64,000 nt of DNA from an uncultured Clostridia bacterium. Its GTDB lineage: Bacteria > Bacillota > Clostridia > TANB77 > CAG-508. The notes under the pieces are model-generated. The model saw nothing but the letters and a program-made list of their open reading frames with translations. It made no database searches and was not told where the DNA came from. Shown in pieces: positions 29,989 to 40,900 of this stretch (within the stretch, counting starts at the first letter, position 1; every line of letters starts with the position of its first letter). The stretch spans positions 29,363 through 93,362 of the forward strand of contig CALYAA010000003.1 of assembly GCA_944393385.1 (NCBI GenBank). The letters are read 5' to 3'. The translations under genes and the position numbers were made by a program.

Positions 29989-31176
29989 TTAGAAGCTAAA
30001 AGACATTTTAAAATCTGTTCCATCTCCTAATTCCATAACAAATTTTACACTCTTTGTTTCAGTTCCATTTTTATTTTTTAATGTAACATCATATATGCAA
30101 TAACTACCTTGTTCAGTAAATATTGAATATTCTACTTCATTTTGGTCATAAAAATTAGTTTTTAAATAATTTTCTAAATCTGTAATATTAGTTAAATTAT
30201 TTGCTGTTTTAAAACTATCTGCAATTAATGTAGAAACATAATAATAATTTTTGTCATTTAATCCATTTATAAATTTACTAATATTTAGTCCTGTCTTTAC
30301 TCTAGAATCTGATTCTTCATACTTTGTAACAAATTGTGGCAAATCTACGATATATTCATCTAATAAAACTGTAAAATTCATAATTCTATCATTAACTGTA
30401 AAAATATAATAATCTTCATAATTTGAATAAGCAACATATTGTTTGCTACTGTTTAAATAATTTACAGTAAATTTAGAAAATTCCATACTTTCAAATTCTG
30501 ATATATTTTGTTGAATATAATTACTAAAATTATCATAATTATTTTCAAATCTAAGTTCTTTATACTTTTCATCTATTAATGAATATGCCTTTTCTGGATT
30601 TGTTAAAATTAACATTTTATAATATTCAAAATATCTTTTGACTGTTTCATTGTCTGCTATATCATCTTGAAAAAATTCTCCAGTTATTTCTTCTGTTGTT
30701 ACATATCTTTGTTCCCCTGCTGTAGCAATTTGTTCAAATTCTGTTTGGTCTATATCCAATTTTTGTTGACTATATTTATATGTTCCTGTTGTTGTATCAA
30801 AATCTATTGCATAAAAAGCATTTTGAGATGTTTTGTTTACAGTATCAAATATTTCTCCAAATACATATAATCTATATGATACTACAACATCAGTTTCTTG
30901 GAAATAAATTTTACTTGCGTAAAATTTATTTCCAGAATTTAAGTGTTGATTAATAACTTCTTCAGCCATGCAAAATGAATTTAATTCATTTACTTCATCT
31001 ATACTTTCATCTATTTCTAGTTCTCCCATTTCTTCTTCTTTATATGGTTCTTCTTCATTTATATGATTTCCTGTTTCTGTTGTATCTTTATTTAATCTTA
31101 GTAATATAAATAATATTATTAAAAATACTATTATAACTAATATTATTGAATACTTAAGTATATTATTATTTTTCAT
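29989..31176 (-). CDS. Bitopic protein with NTF2-like modules (VirB8/TcpC-like candidate), paralogue of 27668-28936
   Basis: It has an N-terminal TM segment. KAYSLIDEKYKELRFENNYDNFSNYIQ aligns with EAYNMLDEQYREIRFMDDYNRFLNYV of the 422-aa protein. A third module is STLIADSFKTANNLTNITDLENYLK. Confidence 0.55.
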   Translation of the reverse strand: MKNNNILKYSIILVIIVFLIILFILLRLNKDTTETGNHINEEEPYKEEEMGELEIDESIDEVNELNSFCMAEEVINQHLNSGNKFYASKIYFQETDVVVSYRLYVFGEIFDTVNKTSQNAFYAIDFDTTTGTYKYSQQKLDIDQTEFEQIATAGEQRYVTTEEITGEFFQDDIADNETVKRYFEYYKMLILTNPEKAYSLIDEKYKELRFENNYDNFSNYIQQNISEFESMEFSKFTVNYLNSSKQYVAYSNYEDYYIFTVNDRIMNFTVLLDEYIVDLPQFVTKYEESDSRVKTGLNISKFINGLNDKNYYYVSTLIADSFKTANNLTNITDLENYLKTNFYDQNEVEYSIFTEQGSYCIYDVTLKNKNGTETKSVKFVMELGDGTDFKMSFSF

Positions 31177-31197
31177 ATATTTAACCTTTCTTATTTA

Positions 31198-33777
31198 TTA
31201 TTTCGAAAATAGTCTTACTTCATCTGCATATTCTAGTACAGTATTTATATTAATATAATTCTCTGTTCTATTTGTCCTTGAACTACCTGGATCTAATACA
31301 TATACAAGTGTATCTCCACTAAATTTTATACCAACAACTGCTATAAAGTGTCCACCACCTGTATTATATGGATTATAAGGATCTGAATTTGCTTTAATAT
31401 GTACTATTGCAGGATTTCCGGCAGTTAGATGTTCTGTTAATTTTGTTCTAATATTATTTGTATATTTAGTTGCAGAAACTCCAGCAACTGACTGTGCCCA
31501 AGAAAACCACATATCTGTAGCTTCAGGACTAATTTCTGTTGGAGTATATGGTTGTCCTGTACTTGGATTTACTACGCCAAGTCCACTTAAACATGTTGCT
31601 AAAGATGTTCTACCACATATGTTTGTTCCTTTTTCTTGTTTAAAATAGTGATATTCTCTAGATACAATTAATTTACCATCTTGGTCTGTTGTTGTAATTG
31701 TTGTTAGTTTCTCTAAATGCCATGCTGTTCTTCCTGAACCACCTGACTTCTTTCCAGAAGCTGAACTTGTTGCATATGAGTCTACATCTACTGTATATCC
31801 ACTTGTTGAACCATCATAATTGTAACTATAAAGTGAATCTAAAGATAACCCTACAGCAAAGTTTATTTCTAGTTCTTTACTATTATCTGTTAAATACTGA
31901 TATCCACTTAATTCTGCCAGTGTATATCTCATATATCTTTCCAGTTCTTGTGTATTTCCATTTTGCTCTAATAAGGCAAATAGTAAGTAAGATGCTGTTG
32001 ATAAATTATTTTCTACTTGAGGATATTCTTTTATTAAATTTATTATAAAATCTATTTTATAACTACCATTAATTATAGAATATACATGATATTCATTTTT
32101 CCATGTAGCATAATTTTCATATATGAAAAAGTGTGTATTTCTCCATTCATATAGATATGAATAATGGTTAGCCTCACAATGCTTTCCTACAAGAGTTGGA
32201 GGAAAAGGAGTTAATCTATCTACATATTCAACATAATATGGAGCAATTCGTGTTACACTTTGTATTCCATCAAACGGTCTTTCTATATCTCCAACTTTGG
32301 GAATTAATTTATAGTCAATATTCCAAGTATCTGCTTCTATTAAATATAAATCACCCGTATTTTTTATTTCAACATGTAAAAAATCTTTTAATACATATCC
32401 AGCATATTTTAAACATGTTAGATATACTTCTTCTACATTATTTAAATAAGTCCCTTCAATAGTTCCAACCATTTCAGGACCACCCTGGTGAGGATTATGT
32501 GTAGTTTCTGAAACTTCTTCACCTGTTTCTGGATCTGTAGTAGTTGATGTTGTATCAACACAACATTCCCATCTATTCCATCTTTCTACTAAATAATGAC
32601 TTATTGTTCCACCTCTTATTGCATCTTTTTCATCTGTACCATAATTATAATGTTCAAATTCACTTTCTGTTGCTTCTAATAAAGCAACTTCTATATATGT
32701 ATTTTCTTTATTACATTCTTCTAGTAAATCATTCATAAAATCAACATCTTGTGTCATCATATGCATTGCTAAAAAGAAATTTAATGGCGCTGCAGTTTGT
32801 TCTAATAAGTTTAAATATTCATATTGTCTTAATTCAAATGTATTTTCTACTACATCTGCTGTATTATAATAACTTGGTAATAATTCTACTTCTGCTGGAT
32901 CATTTGTTCCAGAATCATCTATTGCTCTTTCTGGTGGTGGATTATTATATTTCCATGTATATTTTTCTTCTGATGTTAACACACACAATTTTAATCCATT
33001 AGGATTAATAGAAAAATATTTTAAATATTCTTCTGTTTGTTCATGAGAATATACAGTTTCTTTTGACATTTCTACTAACTTATCATATGGTATATATTCT
33101 AGTGTAATACCATCTTCAAAGTCAGTACCACCTTCTTCTACAACCTCATATTCGTCTTGAGCATTATAACGTCCAAATTTAGCTGTATATCTTTTTACAA
33201 CAACATTTCCATTTATTGCAGTTTTTGCATAATCACCAATATCTGGCAACATATTTTTTAATTCTGTTCTTATATATTTATCAACAATATTTGTTAATTC
33301 TTCATCAGATTTATATGTTTGACTTTCATCATCTGATGCCATAAAATCATAATCTTCATCTCTTAATCCAAGTGCTAATGTATTTACAGAATATTCTTCT
33401 AATGTTCTTAAAATTCTTAACGCATAATTTGCATTTATTTCATATCCATTTTCTGTAATGGAAACCATATCTATTACATCTGAAGAAGATGCTTCAAAAC
33501 CACTAGCAACACTTGTAGAATTACTTAAACCAATATTTGATTTTTGCTCTTCTTCATCTGTTGTTGATCCACCTGTTGATGATGTTTCTGGTGCAACCGG
33601 TTGTGTGGATATTATTCCTCCACCTGGATCTGCCCAATCCATTGCATCTCCTATTTTATATGAATTTATTATATTTAAATTATTTGCAAAAACATTTCCA
33701 GTTGAAGAGAGCATTATTATAACTAAAAGAGCTATAAATATTAATTTTTTTATTATCTTATTTAATTTTTTCTTCAT
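31198..33777 (-). CDS. Secreted 859-aa protein with a C-terminal papain-fold (peptidase C39-like) cysteine peptidase domain
   Basis: The signal peptide is ...SSTGNVFA/NN. The C-terminus has GTNICGRTSLATCLSGLG (Cys motif), GGGHFIAVVGIKFSGDTLVYVLDPG (His motif) and a following Asp. I do not recognise the roughly 650-aa N-terminal region. Confidence 0.6.
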   Translation of the reverse strand: MKKKLNKIIKKLIFIALLVIIMLSSTGNVFANNLNIINSYKIGDAMDWADPGGGIISTQPVAPETSSTGGSTTDEEEQKSNIGLSNSTSVASGFEASSSDVIDMVSITENGYEINANYALRILRTLEEYSVNTLALGLRDEDYDFMASDDESQTYKSDEELTNIVDKYIRTELKNMLPDIGDYAKTAINGNVVVKRYTAKFGRYNAQDEYEVVEEGGTDFEDGITLEYIPYDKLVEMSKETVYSHEQTEEYLKYFSINPNGLKLCVLTSEEKYTWKYNNPPPERAIDDSGTNDPAEVELLPSYYNTADVVENTFELRQYEYLNLLEQTAAPLNFFLAMHMMTQDVDFMNDLLEECNKENTYIEVALLEATESEFEHYNYGTDEKDAIRGGTISHYLVERWNRWECCVDTTSTTTDPETGEEVSETTHNPHQGGPEMVGTIEGTYLNNVEEVYLTCLKYAGYVLKDFLHVEIKNTGDLYLIEADTWNIDYKLIPKVGDIERPFDGIQSVTRIAPYYVEYVDRLTPFPPTLVGKHCEANHYSYLYEWRNTHFFIYENYATWKNEYHVYSIINGSYKIDFIINLIKEYPQVENNLSTASYLLFALLEQNGNTQELERYMRYTLAELSGYQYLTDNSKELEINFAVGLSLDSLYSYNYDGSTSGYTVDVDSYATSSASGKKSGGSGRTAWHLEKLTTITTTDQDGKLIVSREYHYFKQEKGTNICGRTSLATCLSGLGVVNPSTGQPYTPTEISPEATDMWFSWAQSVAGVSATKYTNNIRTKLTEHLTAGNPAIVHIKANSDPYNPYNTGGGHFIAVVGIKFSGDTLVYVLDPGSSRTNRTENYININTVLEYADEVRLFSK

Positions 33778-33794
33778 ATAATCCCCTCCTTTAA

Positions 33795-34787
33795 TTATAA
33801 AGTAACTTGTATAGAAGTATAATTTGAATATGATGTTCTATTATGGGTATCTAAATAATCTTGGTAATCTAATATTACTTTGCTAAATATCATTTTGGTA
33901 GGTTTATTTGAAGCACTGTAAACTTTATTAAATCTTACTGTAACTTTTTTTACAGATCCTGGTTGTACTAAAATATCTCCTTCATCAAATTCGCTATTCA
34001 TAGAACTGTATACAACTTCTTCTTCATTAATTAAATAAACACTATTATCTTCTTCATATCCTGTAAAAGCAATTGTTTTATCAGAATTGTTTTGTAATTC
34101 CATTGTAATTTCTACATATCTACTATATGTATCTATTGTATCAATTTTTACATCAATATCATCAAATACATATCTTGTATTTTTATTTTCACCATAAATA
34201 TAATTATTTACATTTATTTTATAGCTTCCATCATCTTGTTTTACAAAAGTATAGTATTCATCATTAGCTGTAAATTTTGCTCCTCCAGTTGCTAACATAT
34301 CACCATTAAAAGTAACTTTGCATAATACTGTGTTTCCGTCTTGTGATACTCTTGATATTGAATATTCTTGTGGCTCTGCAAATCTTAAATCAATATAATA
34401 TTCTTTAAACGTTTTTGCATCATAATATTTTAATGCTGTTTTACATTCCTCTGTTATCAAATTAAATGCATTCTCTCCATCTCCATTATTACAATAATTA
34501 ACAAATAATTTCATTGTATTTTCTATTGTTTCATTAGATAAATCTGTAACACCTTCATCATTAATATTGTCCATTGTTACATTTTGACCATTTGTATATA
34601 CACTTCCTGTAGTAATATTACTTCCTTCTAGTTCTTTTTGGTTTTCTTCTTCTTTTTTTGCATAATAATAATTTAAACTATAAATTATTATTAATGCAAA
34701 TACTACACCTATTATTACATATATTATTGTTTTTTGATTTTTATTTATAAAACTTCTTAAACTATTAATATTACTCACCTCTTTCAT
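33795..34787 (-). CDS. Bitopic protein: TM anchor, one NTF2-like module, then an Ig-like (DUF4352-type) domain
   Basis: The TM segment is IIYVIIGVVFALIIIYSLNYYYA. The NTF2-like module is LFVNYCNNGDGENAFNLITEECKTALKYYDAKTFKEYY. The beta-rich C-terminus is VEITMELQNNSDKTIAFTG...VQPGSVKKVTVRF. Its start overlaps the upstream stop (ATGA). Confidence 0.5.
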   Translation of the reverse strand: MKEVSNINSLRSFINKNQKTIIYVIIGVVFALIIIYSLNYYYAKKEEENQKELEGSNITTGSVYTNGQNVTMDNINDEGVTDLSNETIENTMKLFVNYCNNGDGENAFNLITEECKTALKYYDAKTFKEYYIDLRFAEPQEYSISRVSQDGNTVLCKVTFNGDMLATGGAKFTANDEYYTFVKQDDGSYKINVNNYIYGENKNTRYVFDDIDVKIDTIDTYSRYVEITMELQNNSDKTIAFTGYEEDNSVYLINEEEVVYSSMNSEFDEGDILVQPGSVKKVTVRFNKVYSASNKPTKMIFSKVILDYQDYLDTHNRTSYSNYTSIQVTL

Positions 34788-37700
34788 TTTAAATAATCAT
34801 ATTCTTCATTATCTTCTACGGTTTCAAAGTCTTGTGCATTTTTTAACATTCCATTATAATATGTTCTTATTTCTTTTGCTGTTTTTGTTGTTCTATTTTG
34901 TTGTACCATTTCATCTATAAAGTTCTTTTTAGCTTGTTGACTTTCTGGCATTCCATATGTATCATTCATATTGTTTCTAAATTTAAATACTTGAACTGCC
35001 ATTTTATCAGCTTCTTCTTCTGTATAAGAATTATGTTGATATCTTAAATAATTTGAGTATCTAAATAATTTCTTTTGTTCTTCAACATCTGTTATTCCTT
35101 GTCTAGCAAATCTATCTCTTGCTCTACGTATCATTTCATTAGATCTTGAACCATATCTTTGCTTATATTTTTCTTGAACATCTTCTCTTTCTGACCAGTC
35201 TTTTGCAATTTGTGCTTTTCTTGATTCTTTTCTTGCATATCTTGTATCTTTTAACATATCTTTAACAGCTCTTTCACCTTTATTGTATACTCTTCCTCCT
35301 GCAGCAAAACCAGCTGCTAATGATGCACCTAATTCTCCAGGTCCATATTTTCCATCTGTTGCACTAATTCCTGCTTGTACTGCTCCAACTGTAACAGCCC
35401 CCATAATTTGAACTGCACCTTTTGCAATCTTTCCTCCTGCTCTAATTAAATTTTCTTTTCCTGATTTATCTGTATCCCAAACAGGGCTTACTGCACTTTG
35501 TGCAACTGCTCCTAAGCCTCTAGCTAGTGAACTGATTTTTCCTCTTTGCTTTGCTCTATCATAATTAATATTTGTTCTAACTGGTTTTCGTTGATATCCT
35601 TGTTGTCCTTTTTCAGAATCTTGTGTATCTTGGTCTGAATCTTGACTTGACTGTGTTCCACCATTTTGTTGATTTCCATTCGTTTGAGCTTGATTTTGTT
35701 GGCCTTGTTGAGTCTGTTGTGAAGTTTGAGAACCAGAACCACCTCCAGCAACTAAACTTGGGTCAGCATCTTGTTGTGTAAAGTCTTTATTTTTTTCAAG
35801 TCTTAATCTTTCTATTTCATCTAATTTAGAATCATATTCTGCATAATTTTTGCTTCTTAATGCCATTTCTGCTTCACATTCTAGCATATCTTCTTTATTT
35901 CCATTAGCTTTGGCTTCTTCATACATTTCTTTTAATTCATCATCTGTTAAATTAGAATATTTTCTCTTTAAGAATGCTTGTGGTCCATTATGCATTCTAA
36001 AGAATTTATTTTCCATCATTCTTCTATTTAATATATTAAAGTAATATTCTGCCATTTTCATATCTCCAGCTTTTATACTGTCTCTCATTTTTTCTAATAT
36101 TTGATTAGAATTTAAATGAGAAAGTGAATCTGTATATTGAAGTGGGATATTTGCTTTATTAAATGGATCTTCATTACGTTTTATAAAGTTTTCCATATAG
36201 TCTAAACGTTTTTTAGTTTTATTATTATATCCTCCTTTGACTCCCATTTGAATTCCATTTAATTTTAATTCATTAAATGCTATTTCAAATTTTTCATTTT
36301 CATCTTTTGCTTTTTCTAAGTCTACATCTGTTAAATTTCTTCTTATATTATAAATATTTTTATCTAAATTTAATGGATTTGAATAATCAATTCCTCCATA
36401 TCTTTTTTCAAATGCTTCATCTTCTTTATCTTCATCATATCCTGAATCTGAACTGCTATTAGTAAAATCATTTTTTGAACTATCTTGTGAATTATATGCA
36501 CTATTTAATCTTCCACTTTGTTTAGGATGAATAATATCTCTAATACCATGTGATATTGAAGACATAACAGCTAAGCTTCCTACTGTTTTTGCTAGTCCGC
36601 CTACTGTTCCACCACTTGCTCTTCCGAATTCAAATATTTTCTTCATTAGTTTTTCCGCTTCAGATAAGAAGAATAATGCAATTATTGCATAAACAGGATT
36701 ATTTACGGCTAATTGTACAGCTCCTCCTATTAATATATTATATAAAAGTAAATGTACTACTTGTAATAATGCATTAAACATATATTCTTTTAACCAAAAT
36801 CCAAAAGTCCTAGATTTTCCTCCATCTAATTTATCTAATGGATACATCATAGCAACAAGTGGTGCACTTAAGGTTAAAAAAGCCATATTTATCATTCTTT
36901 TGAAATATATATATGTAAATTTACATGTTAGAGTTATAAATCCAAAGTAAATCACTATAAATCCTAATTTATTAATTAATGAATTTTGTTGTGATTCAAA
37001 TCTCGCTAACCCCATTATATTAGTTACAAAAGTTTTATCTTGAAAAACAACTTTTACATTTCCAACTGTTGCACTTATTAATGTTGTTAAGTTTTGTATA
37101 AGTGATATTATAAAAGCCATTATATAATGCATAGTAAATACTAGAAATACTGCAACAACCCAATTTATAAAACTCTTTTTATATTCTGCTTTTTTTCCAG
37201 CACTAGAAGTAAGAATAATTCTAATTCCAATATATATCAATATTGATAATAAACCAACTATTGCAATAAGTCTTAATGTTCTATACCATGATGCAACTGT
37301 TCTTCTTATAGAATTCCAACCATCAGAAGAATTATCTATTTCTTGTCCATCTTTAACTGTTTTTCCTCCAATAAAATCTATTCCAAACAAATCAATTTCA
37401 CCTTTAAATATTTCTTCTGGAGTATATTTAAATTCTGGATATCTTAATTCTGGTACAATTCCTTTATTGTTTTTAAATTTATCTATTTCTTCTTGAGTAA
37501 AAGTTTTAGTTGTATTTGCATCTGCAATATCCAAAGAAGAATCTAATTCTCCCCATTTGGGCATTACATACTCAAATGTTGTTCCTAACATGCAACTACT
37601 TAAAACTGACATAATTGCATCTCCTACAGCCATTAACATTTCCAATAATAATGATAAAATGGTACCTGTATCATCATCAACATCTGAAGATAAGTTGTCA

Positions 37701-37894
37701 TCATCTGAATTTGTATATGCATCATCTGGATCAATTACTTCTTCAATTTGGCTTGGCAGTTGTTCTGTTTGGTCAATTGGATTTCCTTCTTCATCTACCG
37801 GATAAGCATATGAAATGTCAATATATAAATATGGAAACATCAAACAAATTAAAATCATACATACCAAAACTTTTTTTAGTTTATTTATTAGCAC
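34784..37894 (-). CDS. VirB6-like polytopic T4SS membrane protein, paralogue 3 (1036 aa, most divergent)
   Basis: It shares the core with paralogues 1 and 2: YPEFKYTPEEIFKGEIDLFGIDFIGG, ASWYRTLRLIAIVGLLSILIYIGIRI, MHYIMAFIISLIQ, RMINMAFLTLSAPLVAMMYPLDK, WLKEYMFNALLQVVH and NPVYAIIALFFLSEAEKLMKKIFEFGRASGGTVGG. It also has an extra roughly 230-aa insert, a Q-rich linker, and the C-terminal motif SPVWDTDKSGKEN...VGAVQAGISATDGKYGPGE. Confidence 0.7.
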   Translation of the reverse strand: MLINKLKKVLVCMILICLMFPYLYIDISYAYPVDEEGNPIDQTEQLPSQIEEVIDPDDAYTNSDDDNLSSDVDDDTGTILSLLLEMLMAVGDAIMSVLSSCMLGTTFEYVMPKWGELDSSLDIADANTTKTFTQEEIDKFKNNKGIVPELRYPEFKYTPEEIFKGEIDLFGIDFIGGKTVKDGQEIDNSSDGWNSIRRTVASWYRTLRLIAIVGLLSILIYIGIRIILTSSAGKKAEYKKSFINWVVAVFLVFTMHYIMAFIISLIQNLTTLISATVGNVKVVFQDKTFVTNIMGLARFESQQNSLINKLGFIVIYFGFITLTCKFTYIYFKRMINMAFLTLSAPLVAMMYPLDKLDGGKSRTFGFWLKEYMFNALLQVVHLLLYNILIGGAVQLAVNNPVYAIIALFFLSEAEKLMKKIFEFGRASGGTVGGLAKTVGSLAVMSSISHGIRDIIHPKQSGRLNSAYNSQDSSKNDFTNSSSDSGYDEDKEDEAFEKRYGGIDYSNPLNLDKNIYNIRRNLTDVDLEKAKDENEKFEIAFNELKLNGIQMGVKGGYNNKTKKRLDYMENFIKRNEDPFNKANIPLQYTDSLSHLNSNQILEKMRDSIKAGDMKMAEYYFNILNRRMMENKFFRMHNGPQAFLKRKYSNLTDDELKEMYEEAKANGNKEDMLECEAEMALRSKNYAEYDSKLDEIERLRLEKNKDFTQQDADPSLVAGGGSGSQTSQQTQQGQQNQAQTNGNQQNGGTQSSQDSDQDTQDSEKGQQGYQRKPVRTNINYDRAKQRGKISSLARGLGAVAQSAVSPVWDTDKSGKENLIRAGGKIAKGAVQIMGAVTVGAVQAGISATDGKYGPGELGASLAAGFAAGGRVYNKGERAVKDMLKDTRYARKESRKAQIAKDWSEREDVQEKYKQRYGSRSNEMIRRARDRFARQGITDVEEQKKLFRYSNYLRYQHNSYTEEEADKMAVQVFKFRNNMNDTYGMPESQQAKKNFIDEMVQQNRTTKTAKEIRTYYNGMLKNAQDFETVEDNEEYDYLK

Positions 37895-37919
37895 TTTCTC
37901 ACCTCTATTCTTTTTTAGA

Positions 37920-40900
37920 TTAATTATTTGTTATTCTATCAAATGTTCTAATTGCTGCACTTATATTCATTTCTTGTCTTCTTATTCTTGCAACTTGATT
38001 TTGTCTTACTGTTTGTTGAGGTCCTAATCCACGTTGAGAAACATTTCTTCCTCCTTGAGGAGCTTGTTGTGGAGAAGTCATACCTTGTTGTGGGCCTAAT
38101 CCTGGATGATTACCAAGTGATTGAGTTAAAGAGTGTATATATCTTTCTTCTTTTCTCTTATTATAAGAAGCAGCTGATGCATGAATTTTTGCTCTTTTTC
38201 TTTTTTGGGACATTATATACATTGCAATAACATCTTGCTTTTTCTTTTCTTGTTTTAATGATTTCTTTTTCTGTGTTGGATTTAAATATGTTCTATTTTT
38301 ATTAACTTCTTCTGCTACTGCATTTGCATATTTTATTCCTTGTTTTATTTCTTTTAAATCTATATATCCTCTTGTTACATAATTATCTACAATTCTTTCT
38401 CTATATTCTTTCCATTCATCACCATAATTATCTTTACAAAATTGTATTACATCATCTCTATTTTTAAATTCTTCTTTATATACTTCCATTTTTTCAGGTT
38501 TAGTTAGACCTTCTCTATATCCTTCTTCAAAAGTATTTGTTACGCCATCTACTCCTCTACCAACTAATGCAAATCCTGCAGCAAATGCTGCGGCTCCTTC
38601 TGCTGGATTATATTTACCGTCTGTTAAGCTTATACCTGCCTGTACTGCTGCTGCTGTTAGACCAACACTTATTCCAATTGTTCCTTTAATTACATTTCTA
38701 ATTAGTCTTTTTCCATTATATTTTCCACTTCTATCAAAGTCCCAAATTGGTTTTACCATTCTCTTTCCTATTGATCTAGTACCTCTAGCAATTTTTGTAT
38801 TTGCTAAATATATTGCTCTTTGACCAGTTTTGGAATCTCTAACATTATTAGCTAATCTTCTAATTGGTTGTAACTTTGGTTGAATTTTATTAATTATAGG
38901 ATTTGTTTTCTTTTCTGGCTCATTTAATTTTCCTACTAATCTCGGTCTACCAGATGGTCCAAATGCAAACATAGGTGAATCCACTTCTTGTTCATCTGAT
39001 ATTGTATTTACTGCTGGATTATTATTAATTACTGGATTATCTGTTATAATATTACCGTTATTTACAGTACTAACATTATTAATACTAATATTATTATTAT
39101 CATTACTATCATTACTATCTGATATATTCTCTCCTGCTGAAATAAAATCACTGTTGTCATCTTTATAGTCTCTATTTATTGGTCCAGGGAAAGACATAGA
39201 ATGTGTTGAATTTGTATTAATTTGTTTACCAACTCCAGATAATTTTTTAGCACCATGTACAAGTGCAAGTCCAGAAAAAGCTGTTCCAAGTCCTCCAACA
39301 GTTCCTTCATGTGCTTTATCAAATCCAAATATTTTTCTTATTAACCTTTCTGCCTCTGTCATAAATGCTAAAACTGCAATTGCATAAAATGGATTATCAA
39401 CAGCTATTTGAATTGATGAAAATACCATTATATAATATAATAAATAATGCATTGGTTGTAATAAAGCATTAAAGAAAAATTCTTTTAACCACATCGTAAA
39501 GCCTTGTGCTTTTCCATCTAAAGACTTATCTATTGGATATGTAAATGCAACAAATGGTGCTATCACTGTTAAAAATGCCATATATATAACCCTTCTTATA
39601 TATACAAAAGTAAATTTAAAAGTATAAACAACAAGCATTATATACATTATTTCATATCCAATTTTTAAAGCAATTAAATCATATTGTGTGCAAAATCTTA
39701 CTAATCCTATAAGGTTAGTACTAAATGATTCATAACCATTTCCTGCTGCAACTCTTAAAATTGGCATTACAGAAATCATTTTCTCATTAAATTGATTAAT
39801 TACTGTTATAATAAATGCCATAAGATAATGCATTGTATATAATATTGCAATCCCAATAATCCAATCAATTATCCATTGCTTATATTTAGATTTGTCTTTT
39901 ACATTTGATGATATAATTATTTTTATTCCTATATATATTAATACACATAAAAATCCTACTGTTGCAATAATTCTTAATGCTTTATACCAACTTGCTATTG
40001 TTTTTCTAACAACTCCTAGCCCCTCTGCTTGATCTACACCTGATATAAAATCTATATTTAATAAACTAATTTGTCCAGAAAAAATTTCTTCAGGGCTATA
40101 ATGTATATGTGGATATTCTGTACTTCCAATTTTTGCAGTTATTCCAATATTACAATCTATTTGGTTTGTTGATAAATCAAACATTGTATCTATATTTCTA
40201 CTATCTACTACTCTAAGTTTATCTATATAATTAGTTTTTACATAATTAGTTATTTTATTTTGATCTGTTACATCTGAATACATTACTTTTTGTAATACTG
40301 CTAAAAGTGTATCTACAACACAATTTACTAAGAAGAATAGTGGTTTTAATAAAACTCCTCCTATGTCCCAGTCCGTATCTCCTTCATATACTTGTCCATT
40401 AACAATAACTTCATTTGTTGAATTTACATTATTTGAATCTGATGCATTTTGATTATTTTGTTCATTATTGTCTATGCCTGTATTTTTTACAACATCTATA
40501 TTTCCAATTGTAATAGTTGTATATGCTCCTATCTGATTTAAAGCTGATTCATGTGATTTATCTGCTCCTGTTGTAATATTCATATCAAAGCCTAATATAA
40601 TTGTTGTATTATCATCTATTTTTATTTGTTTACCTGATGAACTTATTTCTTCTATTGCTGTTCCATTATTTAAGTCTATTTCACAAATTTCTGCTAATTC
40701 TTCAACTGTACCTTTATAATTATATTTTTCTTCGAGTTGACTTCTTAAAGCCTCTACAGCTTGTCTTTTAATATCCATATAATATTGTTGTCCAACCCCA
40801 TCAATTGTAATTTCTATATCTTCTAAAGATTCTGTTGTACTTGCAGCAAAAGCCATATAATTAAATATCCAGTTAAGTAAAATTACGGTAATTATTGTAA

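Noticed and set aside
35524-35751. A 75-aa minus-strand ORF inside VirB6-like paralogue 3.
   Set aside because: It is an alternative frame of the Q-rich linker region of the 1036-aa gene. It has no independent support.
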